From: Amoebophrya sp. A120
Lineage: Eukaryota; Protista; Dinoflagellata
DNA length: 64,000 bases
Assembly: GCA_905178155.1 (NCBI GenBank)
Contig: CAJINV010000001.1
Coordinates: 2,594,089 to 2,658,088 of the forward strand
Reading direction: 5' to 3'
Below the pieces are notes generated by a model, which did not search any database, was not told the DNA's origin, and saw only the letters and a list, made by a program, of their open reading frames with translations. A program made the position numbers and the translations under genes. Below, piece after piece: positions 35,459 through 48,170 of the stretch (the first letter of the stretch is position 1; every line of letters begins with the position of its first letter).

Positions 35459-38400
35459 ATGGTGCGCCCGGTTTCGACCTCCCTCTATGTGCCTCCTCGT
35501 CGGGCACTTCACGTGTGGCGGCGTGCATTATTTCGTGTTGCTTGTTTATCTTTGACTTTGTCGGTTTGTTTCACCCCAACGACCATTGATGCCAGATCCT
35601 GGACCGACGGCGCTCCTGCAAGGTTTGATGGCGATGAGCGGACGGAGTTGTTCGAGGTGGAGCTGCCGAGCATGCGGGAGCTCCGGCAGCAGCAGCTAGA
35701 CAACGCGTTGTTTGGGCAGCAGAGCCAGGCGACCGCCAAAATCGATCCAGCGGACGCGGAGTTTGACAAGTTGACCAGAAGTTCGGGGGTCTTATCGCCG
35801 AAAAGGGGAGGAGGTCAACAAAGTCAAGCTGCGGGACGAGGAGGGTGTTACAACTCAAGCGACGGCGGGTTACAGCCACTCGGCTGCACCACCACCACTA
35901 CGACCTCCGGCATAGAAGACAGTGGGACCACGTCGGTGACCGTGCTGGGCACCCCGAGGCCGAGTGGAAGCAGCGACCCAGAGAAGTCGTTCGCTCCGCC
36001 ACCGCCTACGCAGCCGCCACCGCCCCTGGCGCCCCACTGGGCAGCTACAGAGGACTTTGAGTCCTCGGTTACTGCTGGCGGAAAGACGAGCAGCAGCGGT
36101 AGTGATGTGACAACGGAAGTTCTTCAACAGCAAGCAGCACGGGTCCTCGCGTCCGACCAGCTGAAACTTCCTCGGTTTTCCCCCGTGCCCTCCCGGCAGT
36201 CGCTGCTACAGCAAGTGGAGGCGCGCGCAAGCACGGCCGAGATTTTGGACGCCTGCCCGGGGATTGATGGTCCGGCCGCTTCGGAAGTAGAAAGCGAGGG
36301 GGCGGACATCAGTCGGGGGGGAACGAATTGTGGCATGATTACAACGGGAGCAGAGAAAGGCGATGCTGGATCGATACTGACCTCTGCCGCGGCTGCCTCA
36401 AACGTGCCAGCACGTTTGGCGCACGGGCTGCCGCACCAAGGCGGCCGCGAAGATGTTGAAGAGCAGAAAGGCGAACAAACTGAGGAGGAAATTGAAGATT
36501 CCTGTCCGCTCTCCGTCTCGGAGCGCATTCAGCTCTTTGAGGGCCTGTTCGGCGAAGTTTTGCAGAAGCAGTCTGAGGCGGAAAAAAGAATGAACAAACC
36601 AAGGAGACGAGGCATGCAATCCCGGATCCGCGCCTTAGCAGCGGACGAAGAAGATGAATCCAGCTTCGGAGGACGAATCCGAGGAGACGAGGAGGATGCA
36701 GGCAGTGGGAAAAAAATCAACAACAAGCCTGTTGAAGATGATGTTGACCTAGTCGACGGCGGGCAACAGGCTGCAACGAGAGAGGACATGATCCACAGTG
36801 CTGCAACTACGAAGCAGGATGAGGATGATGATAATTCTCGTCGTCCCACTCGTTCTACTTCAGTAGCTGCTGCCGCTTCTGCTGGTGGTAATCAGCCCAC
36901 GGAGGGCGCGTTTTTCATCGGGAAAGATCCGGACACCGATTCCGAGTCCGACGAAGAAGTTCCACGACCCGCCCGCCGCGCCTCCTCGGACAGTGCGGGC
37001 TCCGGGGGGGCGTTCTCCAGTCCCTTCTCCCCACCCTATTCTACCGGGCGTGACTCGTCCCGACGCGACGTGGGACGAGAGGGTGGCGCCGGCGCGGGGC
37101 TTGGTTTTGCATCCTCCGCGCGAGACGAAGGAGCATCCTCGGGAGTAGCTCGTGAAGATGAAGTCCTTTCAGCGATGAATTCTGAAGTAGTAGAACCAGC
37201 AACAGGTGCCTCATCGAACACGAGCGGAGGACTGCTGAAAATCATTTCGCAGCGCATGCGCGTGAAGCCAGGGACGAAAGATGCCACTCTTACAACTGCC
37301 AGCGCGACTAATGCGGTCGGAAAAAATCCAGCTTCTGCCGCCTCGTCGCAGGAAAATAAACAGAGCGAACTGTCGACATCATCAAAACGAAACTCCTGCT
37401 GCGTCCCTCCGACCGTCACGGACGCGGCGAATTTGACCAAAGCACAGCGGCAGATGCAGAAGCTCTTCTCCGACGTGGGGACGCTTTTCCCGACGCACAT
37501 TATCCCACAGAAAAAAGCTGGCAGGGCATTTTTGTAATGTAGAAATAAATACACAGAAACACATGTCACGGGTGGCCCCATAGCATGCTATTTAGGATAT
37601 GCAATACAAATTCTTGGGTGGCCCCATAGCATGCTATTTAGGATATGCAATACAAATTCTTTTGTCTATTTATTTTTGCATAACAAACATGACCTGCCAG
37701 GTTTTTTCTGTGTGACACACATGGGCCGGCACTTCGACGGCATGTCCGACGAGGACGGGCGTGCGGCGCTGGCGACCCACCGCGACTGCATCGAGTATCA
37801 AATGTAAAAATGTCGGGGTCTGGAAGAATTCATGTTTGTCATGCTTGTCTGGCATGACTCTTAAATCTGTCATGCAAGTGACCCAAGAGCTTCGTTTTTC
37901 TGTGATGCAGAAGCGCAGTTTGTCATGCAGAATAGGCAACACCTAGGAGCTCAGGAACTTGTCATGCTGAGCCAGCATTTGCAGCCTCATCATGAGACGC
38001 CACCCAGCATCACAAGTTTCCAGACCCAGACATTTTTACTTTTGATATCGAGCAGGTGTTTGCTATTCCGGGACTCTCCCCGGAGTACGCCGTGTCCGCT
38101 CTGCGCCGCATTGCGGAGTGGCTGCGGGCGCGGTCTTTGTTCGTCGAGGAGCTGCCCTTCTGGGTCAGAATGCTCGACATTGAGCAAGCAATCCACAAGG
38201 AGCAACGGGAAGGTATGGTTCTTGTGCGTATATAATGATTTGATTTCATTCGTCGCAGCGAAAAGTAAATAGCTCTGAGCAGGACCTAAGAAAGAACTCT
38301 CTGCGCATACTTCCAAAACTAGGGCTTTCATCAAATCAGCTCAATTTTTTATTTGTGACGTCAACCTGATTTCAATATAAAGTATCAAATTTCTTTGCGC

Positions 38401-38616
38401 CCTATAGCGCTGATAGCCGAGCTGGCGCTTGCGGTCGACCGCCCGGGAGACGATGATGTCGCGAGCTTTCGCGAAGATGAGGTCGACGTTTTGCAACGCC
38501 GAGTGGACGACGAGGACCGGCGTTTTGAGGCGATCAAGGGCGAACTCGAGGCCCAGCAAACGCGCGTCTACGAATTCATCGGACAAAACTGGGAAAAAAC
38601 GCGTCATAAAGTGTAG
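35459..38616 (+). CDS. Hypothetical protein: N-terminal hydrophobic segment, long low-complexity region, helical C-terminus
   Basis: 706-codon ORF continues in frame across introners 37501 and 37796 and a GT-AG intron (~38213-38407) to TAG 38616; start could be 35417. Confidence 0.7.
37501..37717. mobile_element. Introner, family C (inverted relative to 31924; internal 46-bp tandem duplication)
   Basis: TIR with GACA 3' end; TSD cacat/cacat. Confidence 0.9.
37796..38047. mobile_element. Introner, family A
   Basis: TIR; TSD tcgag/tcgag. Confidence 0.92.
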
Positions 38617-39615
38617 CGACATGATAGTGGCTTAAACAATAAAAAGAACTTGTTTATTTGCAGCTTACTTTCAACAGTGATTCGATAGCGCCGCTGCACC
38701 CATGGTGATGAAGGTCGTGGTGCGTCGTACGAACTACGAAGAAATGAGTGTGCTGAAAAAATAAAGCGACTTTATTGAATTGAAATGAACGACTGGTGTG
38801 GACGATCGATGTTGCCGCGTGTAGGAAAATCTTGATGTGATAGGGGTCATGTGGCCCTTTTCTTGCGATTTTGCTGTGAAAACAACCGGTTTGCTGCAAA
38901 CGTCAAAATTGAAGAATACAGATGGATCACTTCTTAGCGCGCAGGCGTAGCGCACTGCGGATATTGAACTACAACGCATGTTGCGATGCAATAAGGAAGA
39001 ACAAGAATTAGAATCCGAAGAACGGAGTGCTTGTTTGATATTCCACCCAGCGCGTTTCTGTTGTAGTGCGCGACATAATTTTTATCGCAAGTAGTCTGGG
39101 TTGTAGAGGAACTTTTTCAAGGAGTTGGTTTTTAGCGTCGCTTAATTTCGTGGTACGCAGTGCCAGATCCAATCGTGCCTTCGTGGTCCACAAATTTATG
39201 GAAGAAAGAGCAGGAACATGTGACGCCATCGCGCTATCGTGTAGGAAAGATCGTTAACTCCTCATTCTCACTTCTTTGTCAGTCAAGGGTCGCCGGTAGG
39301 GAGTAGTAGTGCATCTGTTGTTTTATTAACTCTAGTCTGTAATGACCTGAAACTGAAAGTGAAAGAGGAAAACTAGCGCGCAGGCACACAAGTACGGCGG
39401 TTTTTCATCGTTTATAAATTTTCCTTGCAAAGAAGAAGTTGTACGATCTCCATCTTCATGCAGAGCAAACATATTTTTATCGAAACACGAATAACGACGG
39501 CGGGTTCGTCCTTTAGATCTTGCAGTAAGAAATAACCGCGGGTCAGCATACAGACCCTGCCTCCCGCTCTCTTCCGATTGACTCACCCTCCGAACACGTT
39601 CACGACGACGCAAAA

Positions 39616-42600
39616 ATGCCCGAGCACAAACCCAGTGGTGCCTGCCGTGCAGTGACGCCGGCGGCGCTCACCGCGAGTGAAGAAAAAGAAAGAGGCGCGA
39701 AGCTGTACAAAGCTGGGGACTGGGCAGGCGCGGTCGCAGCGTATGACGAAGCGCTTTCGCTGCTCCGCGAAGGAGCGCAGAAGGAGGGGCGGGAGCAAAA
39801 GCAGCACGCCTACCTGCGGGCTACGCTTCTGAGCAACAAATCGATGGCGCAGTACGAGCTGGGTCAGTACCGGGAGGCCGCGCACTTGGCCAGTATTGTC
39901 GCGGATCTGGATGAAGACGATATAACTTCTGTAGTCCCACCAGCAGACCACGACTCCGGTGGCAAGGAGAAGGAGAAGGACAGCACAAACATTGTGCGGA
40001 ATCTGCGGCGCAAAAATATCGAGCGGGTGGAGCGGTGCGAAAATTTTCTCCGCCCGTTGATGGTGGTGGAACAACCAGTCATACTACCCGAGGCTGCTGG
40101 GTCCTCTTTGTCGTCTACAACAACTTCGGCCATCGGTTCTAGTGATCATTTGCACAATATTAATTCCGGTCATAATTTATTCGACGCCAGGCGCTTGGCC
40201 CGCTACCGGTCCCCGCGCATCACCACCATGCAGGAGCTGTACACCAGCAGCAATGTGTATCATACGAAAAAAGTGTTTCACTGTAAGGATTTTGCAAGTT
40301 CTGCATCACAAGTTTGCTCTACATCACAGAGAAAATTTGCCATGCTAGATTCCTAAGGAAAAAGACAGCTAAAAATCCATTGTCTTGCATGTGTAGCAAG
40401 ACAAACACTTCTCAGATGCAGTTTCTGGATTACAAGTTCACAGTGAAACAGTTTTTTCTTGCGATAATGTGGCTATGAGCGCGTTTCGGCGAATTCCGCG
40501 GGAGGGAGAAGAGTTGGGCGAACCAGACCCGAGCTGTATCCCGTGTAAAAACATCCCCACCCCAGAGTTGTCATGCAATTCTGCATGCCAAAAAAGTTTC
40601 TCATGCAGAGCCCTATGAGAAGCATTTTCTATCCGTGTTTTGGAATTTTTGATGCTAGAATCAGCATACTATGCTAGATCTGTGATGCTTCTGAACCAAC
40701 TGGCCTAACAGGATTACACTACGAGGACAAGTCTGCCATGACAAACAACCAAAGCTGGTTTATTTGTCTAGCAGAGTCCCCATCTTGCTTCTGGTGTGGG
40801 GACGTTTTTAATCAGGATAAGCTGCGAAGAGGACCTGGCCGCGGTTTTCGGGGGCTTCAACGATGGTCGAGACGCCATGCTGACGATGATCGAGGGGAGC
40901 CAGAAACTGGAGAAAAATCCGAACCTGCGCATGCGGTTATCAAATGCAAAAATGTCTGGGTCTGGAAACTTGTGATGCTAAAATGTGCAAGAGGAAGTCA
41001 CTTCCTTATGCAGGAAAGCATGACAAGGTTGCAGCACGCCTTCTCATACGAACTCCGCATGAGAAACTGCGTTTTTGTATGACACAGCACGCTACCACTG
41101 TTCTTGGTCATGCAATACAGATTTCACAGGAATGCAAGGCCAGCATTACAAGTTCCAACTTTCGGGACCCAGACACTTTTGCAATCCATAGCGGTTGTGT
41201 CTGAACGACATCCACCCCACGGCGGTGGCGCGATATTGCAAGGAAAAATCCCCCCTCCCCATATCAAAACGAAATTTCTGATGCTGGATTTGTGTACACA
41301 AATCAGCTTTGTATTGCAGGAAGGCACTGCGGCCAGATCGCCAGGCTAGGTAGGGGCGTACGGGTCTAGTTGTTCAGCATGGCAAACTGCTCCCCTTTTA
41401 GCCCAATAGCATGACAAATCGCTTCTGTAATGGGGCGGAAGCTTCTGCCCTTGTCGTCTTGCAGCACAAAGATGGCTTTTCAATATGGGGAGGGGAGATT
41501 TTTCATTTTGATACGCGAATTCTGATCATCTTCCGGCTCTGCGAACAGCTCGCCTCGGAGGTTCCACCCGAGAAGGACGCCAAACTGCACCGGAACGGCT
41601 TGGGTTTGCTGCACAAGAGCCAAACTGGGCAGCTGCTGCAGTTTCTGTACATGATTCCCAGCATTCCGCCCGCGTTGTATGAACGCTTGCTGGCGGAGGT
41701 GGCGAGTCTGGAGAACATATTTGCACCAGCAAACGAAAGCTCCTTCGCGCAGGATTTTTGTGCTGCATTTGGCTCTTGGTTCCGACCCCCGGACAGATCC
41801 ACGCGCCAAAAGATCTTCGACGCGATTCAAAATTGGAAAAAGGTCGCGGCGTCCGTATCGGACGAACGCATTTGGGAGTACAGCAGTATCGCGCCGGAGG
41901 GGGTCCCATTTGACGCGTACTTCAACGCGCCCGGGGCGGGCCCGCTGCGCGAGCTTACGAAGATTAGCTGCGGCTGGATGCGCGACCGGCTCGGCCTGGA
42001 CGAACGCGCGACTCGCGAAAGGTTGCGGCAGATGTATTTCGTCTTCGATGCGAGAATCCAAGCGGCCCACGTGGACAATTTCGAGGAGGTGGTGCGCGAC
42101 TGGCACAAAGCAGCCAAGGCGGGTCCGGTCATAGGCCCTATTTGGCGGGCCTATGACCGCCTGCAAAAACGCGTGCAGCAGGAAGTGGAGAAAAAATACG
42201 GCGATTTCAAGCGGTGGCGCTTCAATTTTACGTTTCACGATCTCAGCTGCAGCGTTGACCCCGAGGCTGGTCCTGCTCGCGGCAACTGCACGTCGAACAC
42301 AGGCCGCCCCGCTTCTAGAAGTACAACTACGTCTGTGCCGGAGGGTGGCCTCCATAATTACATCCTTACGCCAGATTACGAATTCAATGAAAACATTTAC
42401 ACCAGTAAGAAGAGTTACAAAGCTCCTGGCGAATTTATCATTCCCGAGCCGCCAGCCAAACTGATGGATTGTGGCCTCAGTGGCGCGTGGTGGAGAGGCA
42501 CCGATTTGGCCGCTTGGTTCTTTCTGCAGGTCGGGCGCGCAATCCAGAAGTTTCGAGCTCTAGAGGATCATGGCTCCACGTCCACGAACAACAACTTCAC

Positions 42601-43867
42601 GGCAACATCAAGGATAAGTTGCGAATTGAACTGCGGAGACATAGGGGCCTACCTCAATGAGTTGGAACGAGAGGCCTTTGCTGCCGGAACAACGTCCAAG
42701 TTGTTTGACCGGGTGTTTGTTTCGAACATTCTCGATTACACTGGATGTCTGGACTTCTTCAGTTACGGTATCCCGCTGCTAAAGCCATCAAATGGCTGCA
42801 CGAACTCCACGGTCTTGCGGAACTGCGGGCACTGGTTTCCGTGGACGGGTGACATGCACTGCGCCGAGGCCTACAAAAAGTACCTGTACTGGGGGAGTGC
42901 GCTCGGGAGTTATGAGCAAATTCGCGAGGTGTTTGGCGCGTCGGTGGAGGGGGCGCCAACTATGATGGAGCCGCACCACGTGTGGAAGAAAAGCGACGCG
43001 TTCGGCACCGGCCGATTGCTCCCGAAGACTTTGAGCCGAAAGACGACCGTCAAGACCTACCTCGCCACGCTGCTGGTGCGCTTGGTGCTCCCGCCGCAGA
43101 TGGTGGAGGAGGACCGGGGTTGGGAGATGGGCGCTCCCTGCGTGCCGCCGACCGGCCTCGCCGGGTTTCTGCGGGTGGCGCAGTCGCTGGTGCGATACCA
43201 AAACTGTCCGCCGCACTGGGTGTTCGAAATTGTCGAGGCGGTTCTGAAACGGGGTGAGTTGAAGGACGTCTGGTGCCGAGACCGCAGCGTGCCCGTGCCC
43301 GAGTCCGAGAAAAAAATCAGCAATGTGCCCTTAGATTGGGCACAAGTCGAACTCGCGACGCTGCTCCGCGTGTTCGCGAACGAAGTGCCCTTCCGTTTGG
43401 ATGGGTTCCAGCGACTCGCTGACACCGTACTAGGCGACGGGTGCGCGGCGCAAGAGAGCAGTCGCGTGCGCGTGTACCGGGGGAAATTACGCAAGCCGCT
43501 GGTGCCGTGTACACAACTTACGCACGGAAAGCACCCGGTTATGGGCGTCGCCATTGTCTTCTCGGTTTCTCATCTTGTTGAAGCATTGAAGAGCAAAGCG
43601 GGTTATGATATGAACACTCCAGCAGAGATGTTGAACGACTACAGGCCGCGGCTGGTTGGGCCAGTTCCGAACGACGCCAAGGCCGAGCTGAAGTTTTGGG
43701 GCGTTCCCAAAAACGCGGGCGATTTGAGATACCCAGGGTATACTTGTTCTCCCTTCTTCAAGTTCATGGTTTACTGTTCGAATGATGGCCAAAGAACATG
43801 TAGCTGCTGTTGTAGCCGACGGATTCGATTATTATCTATTTGTTTCTTCAGTAAAAAAAGCTTTTAG
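39616..43867 (+). CDS. TPR + DUF4470-like protein (3' end uncertain)
   Basis: TPR KERGAKLYKAGDWAGAVAAYDEAL; after removing 4 introners AVFGGFNDGRDAMLT...LNDIHPTAVARILII and FDRVFVSNILDYTG, which resemble DUF4470-type proteins from memory. Confidence 0.65.
40258..40466. mobile_element. Introner, family H (TIR TATC...GAAAAAA.TGTTTCACTGT)
   Basis: TIR; TSD atgtg/atgtg. Confidence 0.88.
40537..40819. mobile_element. Introner, family B
   Basis: TIR; TSD agctg/agctg. Confidence 0.92.
40938..41190. mobile_element. Introner, family A
   Basis: TIR; TSD gcggt/gcggt. Confidence 0.92.
41234..41513. mobile_element. Introner, family D
   Basis: TIR; TSD cgcga/cgcga; AVAR|ILII. Confidence 0.92.
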
Positions 43868-45348
43868 TTCTTCTCGTCCGGCGCGCAACATTTTCGGGTG
43901 AGGTTTTTGCAAGAGCTACTTACTACCTTCTCTGAAAAGAACAACGACTAAACAGCACCGTCCTACATCGCTTCACCACCTGTTCCTGGGATTTCGAGTC
44001 ACGGGAATTCGAGATCCTGTTGTCGAGCGCGCTGTTTGAGAAGTTTTCCGCTGACGGCTACTCCTGCGTCGTTTTCGAATATGGTACTTACATCGTGCTC
44101 AGTAGGGAGGCGGTCCCGGTCAAGAGCCTGCAAATTGTGCAAGCCGATGCGTCGAAACTCTTCCGGGTCTGAGGGTGCTTCTATCCTGGTAGTGCCTCCT
44201 AAGTGTCGCAACGAATCGCCAGGGAGGTGGTCGACGTGATAATGTAAAAGTTGCAATTGTTTGATCCAACGGGGACAAACGCACTTTCGCGATGGAAAAT
44301 GCTCCTGCAAGAAGATGATAAGCATAAGTAACTGAAGTGTTGCCCCTTGATGATCACAAACATGTTTACGCTAGAGTCCACATCAAGAAACGCACAATCA
44401 AGCTGTGGCTGAATTGCTAGACGCCGCCCCTTTGGGTGCACATTCCATGCGATGATGATGTATTCGGCCACTGTGGAGGCCGTGATCTGTTCTACGGCTG
44501 ACCATCAGCTCTAGCCGAGCCTTGTCCGATGCGTGATGTGTCCTCGCGTTTGTGTGCTCCAGTGAGATTCTCGTGGTATCAGTTCAAATCCACGACTTTC
44601 ACACAGAAATAAAATGAGCCCTCGGCGGGTCTTGCGCTCCCTGCTCAATTTATTTCGTTCCTCAGCTTATGCGAAGATCTGTAAAAAGCAGCTCACCAAT
44701 TTGCTCTGGTTTACCAGCACATCGTGAAAAGCTAGGTCATCGCTCTTCGGTTTCCACGATTGATGCGCGGGCCTCTTGTGGTGCACCCTTGCCAAACGGA
44801 TCTGATATTTTGTGGCAGGCTCTTTGCAGGTTATCACTCGGTGGTCGGCGGCAAAGCTCATGCTAGCAGAAAGATCTGATATGTTGACATTTTCGTGTCA
44901 GGTGGCTGCGTATGAGGTAGATCACGACGTTCATCGACATTCAAGAGCAGCAGCAGCAGCAGCAGCAGGTGAACCGATCGAGACCGAATAGAGTCTTCCC
45001 GAAGCAGCACCATAGCAGCACTAAGTAGAAGCAAAAATAGTTCTAAGGTCTATACATACTAGTCAACAGCTTCGCGTCACCAAAACGAAGAAGATGGGTG
45101 TAGTAAAAATTGCCACGGAGCATCAAGCAATAAATCTAAACACGCATTGAGGAGCTTAAACAAGGATGAAAGTGCAGCCACTATTGACGCAAGTCCTTGA
45201 CTATTTGGCTACGTATCTTTCAACTAAGTAACATGCCGCCTGGTTTGACATAAATCCATGATTCGATGACGTATGCATAAATACAAGACACTAAAATAAA
45301 CACGACCTCGGCACCACAAGACGGCACTTTAGTAATAAAGCCTCGAGA

Positions 45349-46933
45349 ATGGCGCTCAAACTTGCGGCGCGGGGGGACTACGGGTCTTTTTCCCATGCTG
45401 ACAGGACGAAATGGGTGCACGAGCATATGGACGAAAGGCTCAGGCAAAGTTTTGCCCAGAAAGTACTCGGGCTGACTGCAGGTACGAGGAAGGTTGCTTA
45501 GACTCCGACTCAGAAGAACCAACTACAGTAGATGTTGCTGTGGCAAGAGCGTGGTGCCGTTGTGCGGCCTCCTTCTATCCGAATTCTCGAAACTTCTCAC
45601 TATAAACAGGTATGCTTTCCGTGACCGCTTCCGTTTGTATGTTGTTCAAAGTCGTTTTCCACTTTTACCTGAAGCATCCTCCAGACGACTTGGCGCACGG
45701 TGCCAAGCCCGCAGAGAATTCGCGCGACGCAAAGTGGCTTCAAGACGTCGGGTCCGCGCTGTTTCTGAACGCCGAGGCCACGGAAAACTTCACTCGCCTG
45801 CAAGTCCGGTGGATGGAAGACACCATGGGCGCTTTCCGTATACCAATAACGGTTCTCGGAATTTGCGGCAGCCTCTACGCACTGTGGCTACTGTGCTGTG
45901 TCAGGTGCTGCTGCTCTGAGGTAATTATGTCTCGACTGTTTATCCTAGGTGGAATGGTAACTGGTATATGAGAATTCAGGAGCAGCTTTCCATGTTTTTT
46001 CCGTGCAGCACTGCAGCTCTCCCTTGTGTAAGTGTAGTGAAAGAATGTGACATGCAGAATGAGGCCGGCTCTGTTAACTTTTCTAAAGCTATCTAATTCA
46101 AGTACATGACCCGGAACATCAAAAAAAACTATAGCTGCTTCGGCGGTCCCCGACCAACTACGTTCTCCTGTACACCCTGGGCGTGATGTATGGGTTGACG
46201 GTAAACACAGTCACGCTGCTCGCCCCGATGTGCGACATTGGCCTGGCGCTGGGCGGCACGGCCGGCGTTTTGATTGGGCTCTACTGCGTGGCCAAGTGTA
46301 CGAGCGTCGACGTGACGGGGATGCGGTTTTGGGTGTGGCTCGTAGGCTACCTGCTCATCTTTTCCCTCGCCATTTTTCTCCTGCCACTGGTTTTCATCGG
46401 CCAGTTTCGCGTTATCGGCTTCGTCATCAACGTGCTGGCCCTGTTGATGATATCGGTCTACTTGGTGGCAGACTTCCAGATGATCGTGGGGGGGAAGCGT
46501 ATCCGCAGTGAGAAGTGTGAGTATGTCATTTTTCGCTTATGACCTTCAAGGAATCGATTTATAAAGCACGGCATCTCCTTCTCCTACTTCCGCTTCCTTC
46601 TGGGGAAGCGAGACAAAGTGGCATAATTGGGCTCCAGGTACTCGGACTCCAAAAATTATTGTCGGATGATCGACACCGGGGCCGGCGCTGCGCTTCATCG
46701 GCACCAGATGCATAGAATTTTCTCAATGGGGGGGGAGGATCCGCCTTTCGAGAAAGTTAAAGCGTGTTGCATTGATTTTTGGCGAAGATGACATACGAGT
46801 GTTGCGGAGCTGGATAAGGGACAGGAAGAGGCAATTCGCACTCGACGAGTACGCTCACGCCGCGCTGCAGCTCTACGTTGACATAGTGGAGCTGTTTTTG
46901 CTGCTTCTCCGATTGGTACGATCCGGGATATAG
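45349..46933 (+). CDS. Bax inhibitor-1 / Lifeguard (TMBIM) family membrane protein
   Basis: LRQSFAQKVLG; NYVLLY; VYLVADFQMIVGGK; DEYAHAALQLYVDIVELFLLLLRL are TMBIM hallmarks; multi-exon with GT donors. Confidence 0.85.
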
Positions 46934-48170
46934 AAAAGTCATGAGTCGGGGTTGTGAATTTGGTGACATCTGGTGTAAGACCTATCGCAGTTTTTATCTG
47001 TTGGAGTTGCATGTGCCCCCATAATTTCTTGCAGAGTTGTTCCTGCTGCAGAAGAAAAGGTCTGATCAGAACAAAACAGTTTGCAGCACGTTTGCATATT
47101 AAGTACAACCACATAGCGCACCAGCTCAACATGATCGACGGCAAATTCACCGTACCAGACTTGAGACTTTTCCGTCGGGATACTCTTTCGGAAGGAAGAG
47201 CGATTGATACTGGGGAGTACGGGTTTTGGGCGTCAGACTGAAAGAAGATGCTCTGCCACTTCCTCGTGTCGTCGTGAGGGCGCAGCACGAAATGTCTACA
47301 AGGTGTAAGTAATAAAAATGAACCTACAATACGAGTAGCTTGACCGACACCATAGTTTGCCAGCGGCAGAGATAGAAACACGGAAGATAAGTTCATGATG
47401 ATTGTGCAGACCAAGAATTTTCATCGCGTTTTTGTTTTTCCGCAGTAGTCAAAGCTGAATCTACCACTCGAGATGTTGCAGTTGCTCGAGATAAGACCAG
47501 AAATGAAAGCAATTTGGCGTGATGAAAATACGAAATGCAGTGTCGACGAAGAATTCGTCGCCCTTCGTTGCTTTCGTCCGAGAAAGAGATCGAAAACACT
47601 TGCTTTGTCGTATCACCCACTAGCCTGCGACCGTATCTGTCATCGATCTAGTGACGGTGAGATCCTTTTTTGCGTCATCCAATACGCAGCAGGAGGTTGA
47701 CAGTCGTTCCTCGCAACCAGAAAAGTTTCATCGAAAGATATACATTTCTATGCGACTTACGATGAATCAAAAAAATAGTTCGTGTAGCTTCTACTGTGCA
47801 GTATGAAGTATCTGTGTGGTGAGTCCGTCTGTTGATGAGCCGTAGGAGTGCTGCAGCTGCGTTGGATGAAATAAAGCACTTTACTGCGAGGTTTTTCTTT
47901 CATTCGATTGGTTGCTGCCGGTGCCGGCCATAGTAAGTTACGATCTATCCTATTCCGCTACAGCAATTCATTTTATCGACCTCGTTTGGGTGGATCGCTT
48001 TCCCGGTGTCACGATCAAAAATCGAGCGGCACGTACCCCAGACACAGGGCAAAGTGCATCTGTATGTATGTATGTATTTTATCGACCTGCAACTTCTCGA
48101 TCGACATCGATCCTGATGAACCTGAACTCTACATAATTCTCTACTTAAGAATCATAAATCGAAGAACACC

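Noticed and set aside
43999-44471. Minus-strand ORFs with IIAWNV resembling an APE endonuclease start
   Set aside because: No further endonuclease or RT motifs follow; too weak to call.
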